Of a stretch of DNA of 64,000 nucleotides, positions 50,401 through 61,275 are shown one piece after another (within the stretch, counting starts at the first letter, position 1; the number at the start of each line of letters is the position of its first letter). Position numbers and translations under genes: made by a program. The stretch comes from Vitrella brassicaformis CCMP3155. Its lineage: Eukaryota > Protista > Chromerida. The stretch lies in assembly GCA_001179505.1 (NCBI GenBank), contig CDMY01000341.1:48925-112924 (forward strand). The letters are read 5' to 3'. The notes under the pieces are model-generated. The model had not been told where the DNA came from, ran no database searches, and saw only the letters and a list, made by a program, of their open reading frames with translations.

Positions 50401-53400
50401 ACTTTCTGGTGCACCAGAAAGTCTTGACTCCACTCGTCCATTTGTATTGATATGCTCATGTTCTCAGGTCTCCGTCTGTGAGTGTGTCATGCGAGGAGCG
50501 CACGCGTCAGTCGTTGGGCGACTACCACGCACTTATCATGTCCGGCCATATTAGGGTGCCCCACGATGGCCTCTACGCACTGCGATACTCACTGCAAAAG
50601 GGATTTGGAGACATCGAAATCAACGGCAAGGAAGTCATCACCATGGAGGTGCGTGAGAGAGTGTGATGTACATAACAGATGAAAGGCTTTCTGTGCACGC
50701 AGGGCTATCGAACTCTTGCTGACATCGGTGTGGGGAGCGCGTACATGCGCGAGGGTCTCAACCCGACCACCATCACGCTTGTCAACGGTGGGATGGATCA
50801 GTGCGACACATATGACATTACAATAACACGGGGATGCCAACCTTGCACAGAGGTCTACAAAGAATTGACTCCATCCAGTACACAGCCTGTCTTATTTGTT
50901 TCTTCAGGGGTATTCCATCCACTCGTGGGACCTTGTCAAGGACGGCTTGAGCTGCAAAAGGGCATGCGGTTGCGACGAGGCGACCAAGACCTGTGACGTG
51001 TGCTGCCAAGTGGATGTCGATCAGCGAACCTGCCACACACACCAGATAAACAAATGTATCGAGGAAAGCAGACGGAGATGCGATGGTTTGTCTTAATCTC
51101 TGCCGAATCTGTTCCTTCAGGCTCTCACAGCGAAGGCTTCGATGTCGTCCAGACGGCCACCAAAACCAACGCATCGGGGAGGTCCCTCTCTCAATCTTCC
51201 AGTCCTTCGTACCTTCCGCTCTCGGCCGATCCAGCTATTATGGAGCACAACTCGGGAAGAGAGCCGCCTCTCATCGGCCACATGCAGCAACGCAGCTACC
51301 ATTCAGAGACACCGGCATATGGCAGCGGCAAGGTGTGAGACACACGCGCGCAGCGAGGTGAATTGCGGCCTGTATTATCGCCCTTTTCTTGTCTCAGGGC
51401 TGGTGCTCGTCTTCTCGCTTTCGCTTCAGCATCGACGGTGTGCGGGAGGGCGAAAAGGCCTCACTCTCAGAGTTGACCTTCTTCACCCGGTGGCAAGCAA
51501 AAGGCGACCATGCCTTCAGCTTCGACACATATTCAATACCAAAGCCAGCCAAGGTGGTCGCAATCGGGCAAGAGACGACGGTAGTGGCAACGCCAGACAA
51601 CCCAACAGGCAGCGTGTCTGGCCCTGATGTGCTGTTCGATCGCCGTGTGGACACGGATTGGGCGACGAGGGATTTCAGGGATGTTGTCATTGAGGTGACA
51701 TTTGATGGAGCGGTCAATGTGACGGGATATACACTCTGGACAGGTCAGCAGACGGCAACAAACGGACCAAAGGTGAATAGCATCGTTCATCTCAGGTGGA
51801 AGACAAACATCAAGCGATCCCAAGTCCTGGCGCATCGAATATGGTGGAGGTGCAGGCGGCATCGAATGGCGGACGTGTCACGAAGGGCAGCCGTATGCCG
51901 TCCCTCTTGACAGACGGCGATCGTACGGACTCTTCGTCCCTGGCGAAGGCGTGAGAGCGATTAGGTCTCTCGACGGAGAGGATGGTGGCTTTCCGCTCAC
52001 CTCTGTTGTCAAATTCTCAACAAGCGCGATCTCGCAAGTGAGCGGAGACGACAATGAAAATGTGTCATATATGTCTCAGTTGTCGATTACCCTCTTCGTA
52101 GTACACGGAAGAGCCATTGGATGACAAGAAAAACAGAGGCGGCATGTCATGGCAGAAGATCAATGGACTTTTCCCGTCAGAGGCATCTCTCTTTTCAAAG
52201 ACAAGCTCAACGACCGCAAGGGGCCATGCAGGATGGACCTTGCGGTAATCCATGAATGAGGGTCGTTTGGCACATTCGTCTTCGTTTGTCTTCTGCCTGT
52301 TGCAGGGGTCTTTCGCGGCACCTGCTGCAGGCAGCCATCAGCTGAGGGTCATCGTTGAGAACGGCGTGGAGACACAGCTGGCGATCGCCGGTAGGCATGA
52401 AGAGAGATGCAGTCAAGTTTGATGATGACGGTACGTCCTGACACTCAGGATGCGGCGCTGATGGTCTCTTTCGCGAGTCGAGCTGTGAGGATTCCTTGGG
52501 TGTCGAGAAGTGTGCCGAATACGGCGAGTGGAATCTTTGCACTCACGAGAAAGAGGACTACCGGGAGTTTATGCACAAATACTGCGCAAAGACATGCGGG
52601 GTACAGCCAGAGCTTGCGTTTCTGCTTCATCCACGTGGCTAGGTGTCCTTCAGGTGTGTTCGAATCGTGACTACGTATTGAGCCCAATCGTCAGCTTCAG
52701 CCACCAGGGGTTGGTTGACGTGGCCATTAAGACTTCAGCTCGATGCGACAGAGACACAGCGCCATTTGTCGAGCTAAGGCAAGAGGATCACGGCAGCCTG
52801 TCGTTTGCAAGACTTGCCTTGCTATTGGTCAGGATGGCTTCTCACTGGGATGCTGTTGTTGAGCTTTTCACCGTGATCGATGGATCCGGCAACCCCACCG
52901 CCGCAGCATCGCTTATCGACACCAAAACAGCCATCGTCCACGACTCTGTTGCCGACAGCTTGAACCAGCTCCACATGCAATTTGTACGCAGCACGACACA
53001 CGTCGGCCACCCTGACATGCATACATTCTCTCTGCAGGTGAGTGGCAACAGCTCCCTGGTGCGTGTAACTGTCCCCCCCGTGTCCTTCTCGGCCGTCAAC
53101 TTACCATCCTGGCACTTGTCGCCTCAAGACCCGCTCATCTTGGAGGCCATCCAACCAATCAATCGTTCGCAGCTCCTGCTGGGTGCCCCTCAAATCGACA
53201 GAGATTTTGTGGCTGAGGCATCGTTGCGGCTGGTCGTGAAGAGTGAGGCCGACCAGGGAGCATGCGTGGGTCTGGCAGCAGGTCCGTACACATAGTTGCA
53301 GCCATGTCTCTCCTGCACGTACACTTCGTGTCTCTTCGGTGTGTGTCGGTTCCTCAGGTTCTGTTACTTTGGAGATTTGCAATACGGCAGCCGACCAGCG

Positions 53401-53821
53401 GAGCCTGGTCTTCACTGACAACAAGGAGAGAATCAGCTGGTCCTACGTCGACTTGTTTGAGTACACGGAAGTGTCGCTATCACGTTTCGGCTCAACAATC
53501 CACGCCAAGTATCGGCCCAGGGGTGAAGGCAGGTGGGCCATACTGGGAGAGACACCCATTGGCGGATCGACCAGGCGTGTCGGTTCCTTCATCGCCCCTC
53601 TGGCTCCCTCGAGGGAGGACAGGGTACCAGTCGATGTGGGGATTACATTCAGCGCAGATAGAAGGCACAGGTGAATATGAAGAAGGGCATGCACGGTGGA
53701 TCTATGGATGCATATCTGTGCTGCTGGTGTTGCTGGGGTGCCGCTGGTGTCGTGTCGTGTGTGCAGGTCTGCAGCTGTGAGCAGCTGGAGTCTTCAAGCC
53801 ATCAATGGTGCTGATGCATGA
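47412..53821 (+). CDS. Secreted papain-family (C1A, cathepsin B-like) cysteine protease with C-terminal TSP1, PA14-like, discoidin-like and ShKT modules
   Basis: Signal peptide, LPDEWDFR, AQRECGSCWAF (catalytic Cys 48694), GGHAVQLIGWG (His 49621), YWIAENSYG (Asn 49731), GYWRIVRG. A phase-0 splice leads to WTEWSSCS...C..GKQTRTR (TSP1, from 50116), then SGHIRVPHDGLY...IEINGKEVI (PA14-like), LFDRRVDTDW...VTGYTL...PKSWRIE (discoidin-like), and CEDS...KCAEY...LCT...FMHKYCAKTCGVC (ShKT, 52484-52659). Some 3' exon joins are unverified. Confidence 0.78.
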
Positions 53822-54329
53822 AAGTGTGACTGACCGCTTGATGTCCACGTCAGATTCTGTCTTTCGCTTGAGGTTTCGCCACTTGTCTCCTCATTCCTCC
53901 AAGCGTCACGCGTCTGCACGCAAACAAGTCCTCTCTTGCATTTCGCGTATTCATCTTATCGCCCGTTCTGTGCATGACGATGTCGTTGATCGAGACAACC
54001 TCTATGTCATGAGTGCAACAGCGGATGACAAACACCTGGTGTCCTCATCCAGATCGCCATGTCACCCATTCATTCATGCGTCCATTCAACTTACCCCATT
54101 CAAATACATGCACATGATCCCTCGCTCGATCCGTCGCGATCTGGTCTTTGGACTTCTGGCGCCGACGCTTGCTGGCCACAACGGAGGTTTTTTCGCCTTC
54201 TCCATCGGTAACTGCGCCATTGGCCGGCGTACCTGCCTTGCCCTCTTCTAAGCCCTCTTCAACTTAAAGTTCAGAGACGGGAGCGTCTCATCACCGACGA
54301 GCCCCCAGTCTTGAAGGTCCCCCACGTTC

Positions 54330-57300
54330 ATGAACATGAAGAGCGGTTCTCTGCTGCCCAAAGCCCAGCAACGCGCCCCCGTTCCGTGGGCATCGTCATC
54401 TTCCAAGCGTGATGGCGGCAGTACGACTGAGAGCGAGGCCACCGCTGCCGTGCGCAAGGTGACCGATGAAGATTCAATTTGCTGATGTGCGTCTCTTTTC
54501 TGGTAAATGGCAGGCCATTCGGACGCAAGGGTGGTCGGGGATTGCCCTGGTAAGCCAACGGAGGCAGCCTCGCCGTACACAGCCTTGTTCCCCTTGTTTG
54601 CCATCTGTGTGTGTGCAGCCTCGAGAGCTTCACATTGGCGTGTACGAGTTTGTCAATCCCGTCTGGTGCCTGAAGCCGCCCCTTCCTTCCCCACTGAGTC
54701 GGGCCGTCGTTCAGCACCACAGCGAGCTCGTCATTGACTGCAGCATCACTCGACAGAGAACATTCTGGCAGCGGATGACACCGCAGACGGCATATGAGCT
54801 CGGCAAACAGATGATTAATCTCAAGTGTCTCATCCATCGCTACCCACGCACACCTGACGGAGCACCAGGGGTGACGGCCGGCTGCCATGTCAGTGCATTT
54901 GGATGGTGCCTCGGGATTGTCATCGGGTTCGTTGAAGGCCATGTGGTGGGGCGGCGATTGGCCCGTGAGAAGGAAGGGCCGGCGACCGCCCTGGCGGCCG
55001 GCTCACTCAGATCTCTGATCTTCGAGCCTGTGGCAATTCCGAATTTGGGACGACACGAGGCAGTGCAGCTCGGCACCATCAAGTCTGCCCCTCCTTCTGC
55101 CGCCCCATCCCACCCCATCAACCTCCCAGCCCTCACTGAGGTCAACGGCGTCACCCAGGCCCACTTCCTGATCGATGGACGAGGGTGGACGACACCAGAC
55201 CTCAAGCGATTGTTATCATCTGCCTCCATGATCGCGCCCATCAAGACATTCATCAAGACGACGAATTCTCTTACCGACCTGACTGTGCCCTCCATGCCGC
55301 CACCCGAGATGGCTGAACTACTGGATTATATCCCATTGGGGCAGCGGGGGAGTCCGGGACCTCTCGCGAACCTTCGAAAGATTTCTGGCATCAAACTTTA
55401 CGAGATCCTACCGACGGATGCTTGCAGAGACGGCCTTCAGGCACTGCATGCAAGAGACAGAGCAGGAAGGGGCACAAAAAGGCGGGCGACAGTGGATTGT
55501 GGATTCTGGTTTCAGAAGTGTTTGGTGGATCGCGGCTGCTTCAAGTCTCTCGATGACTTGTGTTTCATCGTGGATCGCAGTGACTGCCACTCGCTTCTCC
55601 TCAACGACTACGCGACGTTCAAGGCCCTCGCCTCGCTTATCGACACGACCTGCTCGCCGTCGGGCAAGGTTACCTTCTGGTTTCGCTCCTCTGGTCAGGA
55701 GGTCCGAGACATTCCGTTGACCCACATGGTGGCCCACACGAGGTTCGGAAAAGTGCCGAACTGCAGTTCGATAATCCTCAATGCCTTGCTCAAGTGCTAC
55801 AATTTGCGAACGAGGCGTCACGACGTCACTGGGGGACCTCTCGATTCTCCCCAATTCATCGAGGGAGCCCCCCCCGCCGCATACCACTACGTGTGGACGA
55901 TTGCGCAAGACCAGGTGGACCGGCCACAAAACGGGCCCATTGACCTTAGCATGGACGATAAGCTCTTGTTTGGAGGCTGCGGGCCCACACGTACGAGCTG
56001 CAGCATATCCATCGCCTGTGCGGGGGGATGGCGACCACCTACTGGCGCCATCCCACCGGAGCCTCCCGAACTTGAGGCATTCAGCTCAATTGGACTCGAC
56101 GCTGTGAAGACTCTGGTCGTCGAGCACCGATTGGGCCTGGGAGCAGCAAAAATGATGCTGAACAAGTGTTTGCGCCTGGAGAGCCTGGAGCTTATGGGAA
56201 TGAGCGCGTCGGACGCACTGGACCTTTTGTCGTGCGTGCATGAGGATAGAATACCCGAAAAGCTGACTCTGGAGTACTCACATCAGGAAGGTGGACAACA
56301 GCTGAGCGTGTTGACTGTTAAGCAGAGACTTAAGAAGGTCAAGACATTCCACATCAAGGGCGCCAGCGAGACAGAGATACGTCAGGTGCTCGTCAATGGA
56401 TGCCGCGGTGATGTCAACAGACTGATTCTGGGTTGAGAGCCGCTGCGAGTTCATCAAGGCCGAGGACGAGACGGAGGGCATCACACTGGGTGATTGGAGG
56501 GACCAGATGCCCCACATCAACAGCCTAGTCATGTACCTAGACGGTAAGTGACCAAGATGTCAAGACCAACAATCCACCACTTGATGTCTCCGTGTCTCCC
56601 TGCCTCCCTTGTTCAGTGCCATCTGCCGATCTTGTCGATCCGGGCGCCTTCATTCTGTCGAGCATCTGGTCGGTCCTCGAGATTGAGTCCATCTCACAGC
56701 TGACAGTCGTCCTGCCCCAACACTCCCATCTGGATGAGCTCAAGGCAGCTCTGAGTCCGCGGTTTGGGGCTGATCGACAGGAGAGGGGCCTCGTCACCAC
56801 AAACGGCCTGATCCTTTCATTTGAAGACATCAAGAAGGTGACAAGAGCATCTCATTAGCTCGGAAGACACCCAGCTGACAAGGCATGTTTTCTGTGACTT
56901 CAGCTGAACAAGGCGGCGTTTGCCCGCTCGTTGAGGGCCGACATCGGATTCCAGAGAGACACCCAGCAAAGCCTGACAATGATCACCAATCTGGCGGACA
57001 CCGTGAAGCGCCTCTCTTCAGTACTTCATGGGTACCTTCCCTCACACGATGCCAACATCGCAGCCGAGGCGCTCGCCAGCGACTTCGCCGGCCGCATGTG
57101 TGCCGCCTCGCCCATGAGTGTGGTCGACCCCCCGTATGCTCCTCGGCGGCTGAAGGCACCACTCATGGCGGCGATGGAGAGACACGGCCTGGTGATGGAG
57201 CCCATGATGCGGCTGCATGGCGATGGGCCGTGCATCCCCAGTCCCTCTGTGATCGCATCCGCCAGTCAGCTGATGGCCGTACTGCAGAAGACAGGCAAAG

Positions 57301-57893
57301 ACATCACACGGATCGAGCTGCTCTACAAGTAAGAGACACGAAATGCGCACCTATCAAGGTCTGCAGGTGAAATTGTTCTCGTGTGGTCTCTGTGTGTGGC
57401 TGAATGCAGAGCCACTGTGCACGGCTTCAAGTACACCGACATGCTCAATCGTGTGGGCGATGCGAGCTGCCTGCTCTTCCTCATGCGGGGGAGGGCCTCG
57501 ATTCATGGCTTCTTCATCGACTCCAGCCTGGTACTGCCTCCTCAGCTTGCACCCCAACCTCGCTCCAACCAGTACTCGGCGGCCGTGCTCGTCTTCAAGA
57601 TGTCCGGCCCCTCCCAGCCCACCTTCAAGTCACAGTCCCTTGTGTCGCAGTATGTGACTGTCTCACGAGCAGGCAGCGACTCAGTGGTCAAGCTGGTGGT
57701 CCACCCGACGCCAATGATTGTGAGCACCTACATGCGAGAGGGGCTGGGGCTGTGGGCGTCTGATTCAGCGGCGTCGGAGCGATGCCGTGTCTTACTCATG
57801 GGCGAAAGGGGGGTGGACGTGGTATCGATGCTTGTCGATGAGATAGAGGTGCTGCGCCTGCAGGCGGGCGTAGTGAACGGGGCGGCCGGCTGA
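54330..57893 (+). pseudogene. TLDc-family paralog copy 4, frameshifted; 5' end approximate
   Basis: Same exon series as the other copies. An 8-nt deletion relative to copy 5 at about 56434-56440 creates TGA at 56434-56436. The TLDc-like last exon RATVHGFKYTDMLNRVGDASCLLFLMR...VDEIEVLRL is intact. Confidence 0.78.
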
Positions 57894-58320
57894 TCTGGTC
57901 GTGATGCATATGCATCTGCCCATGCGAAGAAGGGGGCCGGCCGCTGGCCTGACCACTGTGATGTTGTTGCCTTGTATCTATCGGATTGTTTTTCGCGCGT
58001 GAATCAGGAGGGAAGTAGGCCACACATCCCCATTGTGAGTCAATGAATCAATCGAATCATCGAATCAAATTAATGGATAGACATGCACTCACGTTGCAAG
58101 ACATGAATGCGATCAGTCAGCCGCGCACACGCCCAGGCAGATGAGTCAGTCAGGAGGGGCCTCTCACATACTATCCACATCCACTCCATCCGCTCTGAAT
58201 TGAGTGGCGAGCGATGCCGATGAAATGGGACGCAGCGCGACACTCACACAGACAGACAGACAGACAGACAGACAGGCAGGCAGGTAGGCAGACACACCAG
58301 CGTAGATACACGTTCCAGCC

Positions 58321-59277
58321 TCTCTCCCCCTCTCCCCCCGCAAAGCCATTCACCGACGCAGTGTCACAACAGCAGCAGCAGCAGCAGCAGCCCGCCGCTC
58401 GGTCGAAGCCCACAGTGCAAAACGATGCACAGTCGACAGCGGCGGCGACGCCTGTTGAGAGAGGGAAGGTCGACGACCAGCCGCTGGCTCTGTACGGTGT
58501 GGCGAGCAGAATGCAGGACCTCATGGATGCGCTGAGTCAAGTGGCGGAGGACCCCACCAAGTGAGAACACACATGCATCCTGGTGCATTCTTCGGCGCTT
58601 TTGCATTCTGCGTGTGGTTGGGTGTTTGTATGTCAGGGTGGGCGCGCGCGTGACTCTGAAGGACGCAGTCAAGGAGCTCAGGAGCCTCCACCAGACTGTC
58701 ATCACCATCGCCAACAACCAGACGAGCGCCGCCAACCCACACAAGACCACCAGGCGCAGCCCATCCCCCGCCCCGCCATCTGCCAACCCCCAGCCCCCCT
58801 CATCCCCTGCACAGCACGTCAATGACAGCAGCAACTTGAATGACGCCCCAGCAGAGTGCCCGCGGCTGATCGATTTCATCGGGGCGTCAAATCGCTTCAG
58901 GTCGGGCAACAGCAGTGCGGCCGTGGCGGAAGGCGGCGCGGCTGAGCTGCCAAGCAAGAGGGGGCAGGATGGGGAGATGACTGATGCGATGCGGACGAAT
59001 GGTCTGTCTGGGGAGGGAGTGAATGGCACCAGGGGTGAATGAACAGTGACCGACACTGTGTGATGTGAGGGCATGCGCAGCGTTTCTTTGGTATGCACGT
59101 GAAAGACACTGCATTTTGTTTCTTACTTTTTTGCATGGCGAATTCACCTCATCATTTACGGCCAAGACAGACGCTCCTTAGAAAGGGTTTAGGATGCAGG
59201 GTTTGCGCGATGAGGGAAGATTCCGGAGACGTCACTCGCTCCTCCAGATCCTCTGAGAATAATGAGCGAACAGGCAC
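58321..59277 (+). repeat. Inverted duplicate of the 3' end of the TBC gene (last two coding exons plus 3' flank; matches about 26010-27012)
   Basis: Near-identical translation: PAKPFTDAVSQQQ...RMQDLMDALSQVAED and VGARVTLKDAVKELRSLHQ...VNGTRGE*. Homology continues through the flank to AATGAGCGAACAGGCA. Confidence 0.92.
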
Positions 59278-59378
59278 GCGGCTCGAAGCATCAGCACCTG
59301 ACGCAGCCAATGGCATCATGCGCATCATCCACTCTTCTTCCTCTGTGTGTGTGTTGATGCTGGTTGGTGGACCGTTTC

Positions 59379-59700
59379 AGATAGAACGCAGGTTCCTCGT
59401 GCAGCTTGTGGCCAATGATGGCGCTGTCCAGGACGTCGCCGACGAGTATTTGAGCTTCACGAGCGGCATCGACTCATCGGAGCTGAAAGAACTCATCCGT
59501 GCCGCGTGCGCACCGCTTTTGAATGATGTGGGGTTCATGGCGATGCGCATCCGCGACCATCCCGATTTCCTGGACCATGTGACTGCTGACAGCTTTCCAG
59601 GCCACGGACGGGAAGGGGAGGAGCCAATTGTCATCACAGTGGCAGCCACGGTCAGACACCATGAAGCAAGACGGTGGGCGACATTGCTGGTCATTGATGT
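59379..59700 (+). CDS. Possible exon of an unknown gene or gene remnant
   Basis: Open, coding-like stretch after a GTTTCAG acceptor (IERRFLVQLVANDG...PIVITVAATV). No family recognised, and no start or stop assigned. Confidence 0.3.
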
Positions 59701-61275
59701 GTGCGTTCTTGTCTTCCTCTTGATCGATGCCACTGACTGTTTGCCCTTCAGCGCGATGAGATTACCTGGTCCGACGTTCTCTCTGCTGTGCGTTCGGGGC
59801 TACACTCATTACGTCGGCGTTTCTCGCCGGTGCCGGACGGCATAGCTGGGCAGGCTACATCTTCACCGTTACGGTCATCTTCCTCGGCGAGCTCAACGAG
59901 CGATTCCTGCACTGTGTCGGGCGGCCATTTCGTCAGAGCGGCGAGGGGCCATGAGGGACGGCAAAAGAGGGAAGGCAGCGTGACGACGCCGCTTCTGTAC
60001 GATCACACGTGAGTGAGTCGCTGAGGGTGGTTGCAGCCGTGCGCATGGAGCTGCCTTCCTGCGCGTGTGGTGTGGTCCTGCGAGTGACGACAGGAGGGAC
60101 CGGTACGCATGGAGCGGAACCAACCAAGTGTGCACACATCTTCTTCAACCGCTGTATGTGTTTGTCTCGCTCAGGTGTGTCTGATGCAGTCGGTGGCCCG
60201 TGTGAGACGACTGCTGCTCTTCATCCTCCCCTGCACACCGCCAACGGCAACAAGAACGACGCCATGATGTCCTCTGCGGCAGCCCCAGTGCAGCAGGAGG
60301 AGTCGGGGGCGTGGTGTGTGCGTGTGATGTTTTTTTGCGCAGCGGCTTGGCGCTGCCCCTCTGTGTTGTGTCCGAGTACTGTTCGTGTCTATCATCCGTC
60401 GCGTTTGCCTTGCGCTGCGTTGGGTTGGTGTGCGTCTTCTGCAGTGCCGGTGGGGCCACTGCACGGGTCACGGTGGCACTCAGATGGATGACATTTCCCA
60501 ATCTAGCGGAAGGTAACGACAGGGACGCTCTCCAAAACAGTCCACTGGGTGTTTTTCACTAGTGTGCCTTCGTCAATGTGCCTTTGCCTGTTTGTGTGTC
60601 CGTTGGCTGTGGCGGCTGGCTGGCTGTCCCTGCATATAAAATGTAGGCAGCGATGCGCACGTGTCGTATGTATGCGTCACGTGCCCTATGCACCGCTGTC
60701 TATCCGTTATATGGCAGGGCGGCTGGCGCCCCAACAGACAGCACATCTGCCGCCGTTCATCTAATTTATGCATTGTACACTTAGATTGGGTGCCCATTGG
60801 GTGTGTATCTGTGAGGGGATTGCAGCTGTGTCGATCGAGTAGTGTGCGTGCGGGGAGCTGACACGTCACAGAAGGCACTTCATGCTGCTCCATCGACAGC
60901 CGCAGCCAAGGGGCATAGGCACACCGCCCTTTGTTTCGCTAATTGAGATGTACTCGCTCGTGTGCAGCCGCCTGTTATGTGAAAGGGGTGGTTTTCCTTA
61001 GTGTTTGTAGTAGGGACATTCATTGTCCGTGTGTGTGTGTGTGTGTGTTAACTGGATGTCTCTCGACACGGACGGGCTGGTTGTATTCATGTGTGAAGAC
61101 ATCCAGTTGAGCATTGAAAACGTTGGAATGCAATCATTCTTTGCCTCTCAACACTCTGCCGTCTAGAAGATCGGTCTCTTCAAACAGATCGGCGACAAAC
61201 GCAAAAGTGCCGTACGTCCCTTCCCTCATCCCGCCCCCTCCCCCCCACACCCGTCCATCTCACTACTCGCTCACC

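Noticed and set aside
53805-54251. 148-aa ORF upstream of family copy 4 as an F-box-like first exon
   Set aside because: The resemblance is weak and I could not join it in frame to the downstream exon.
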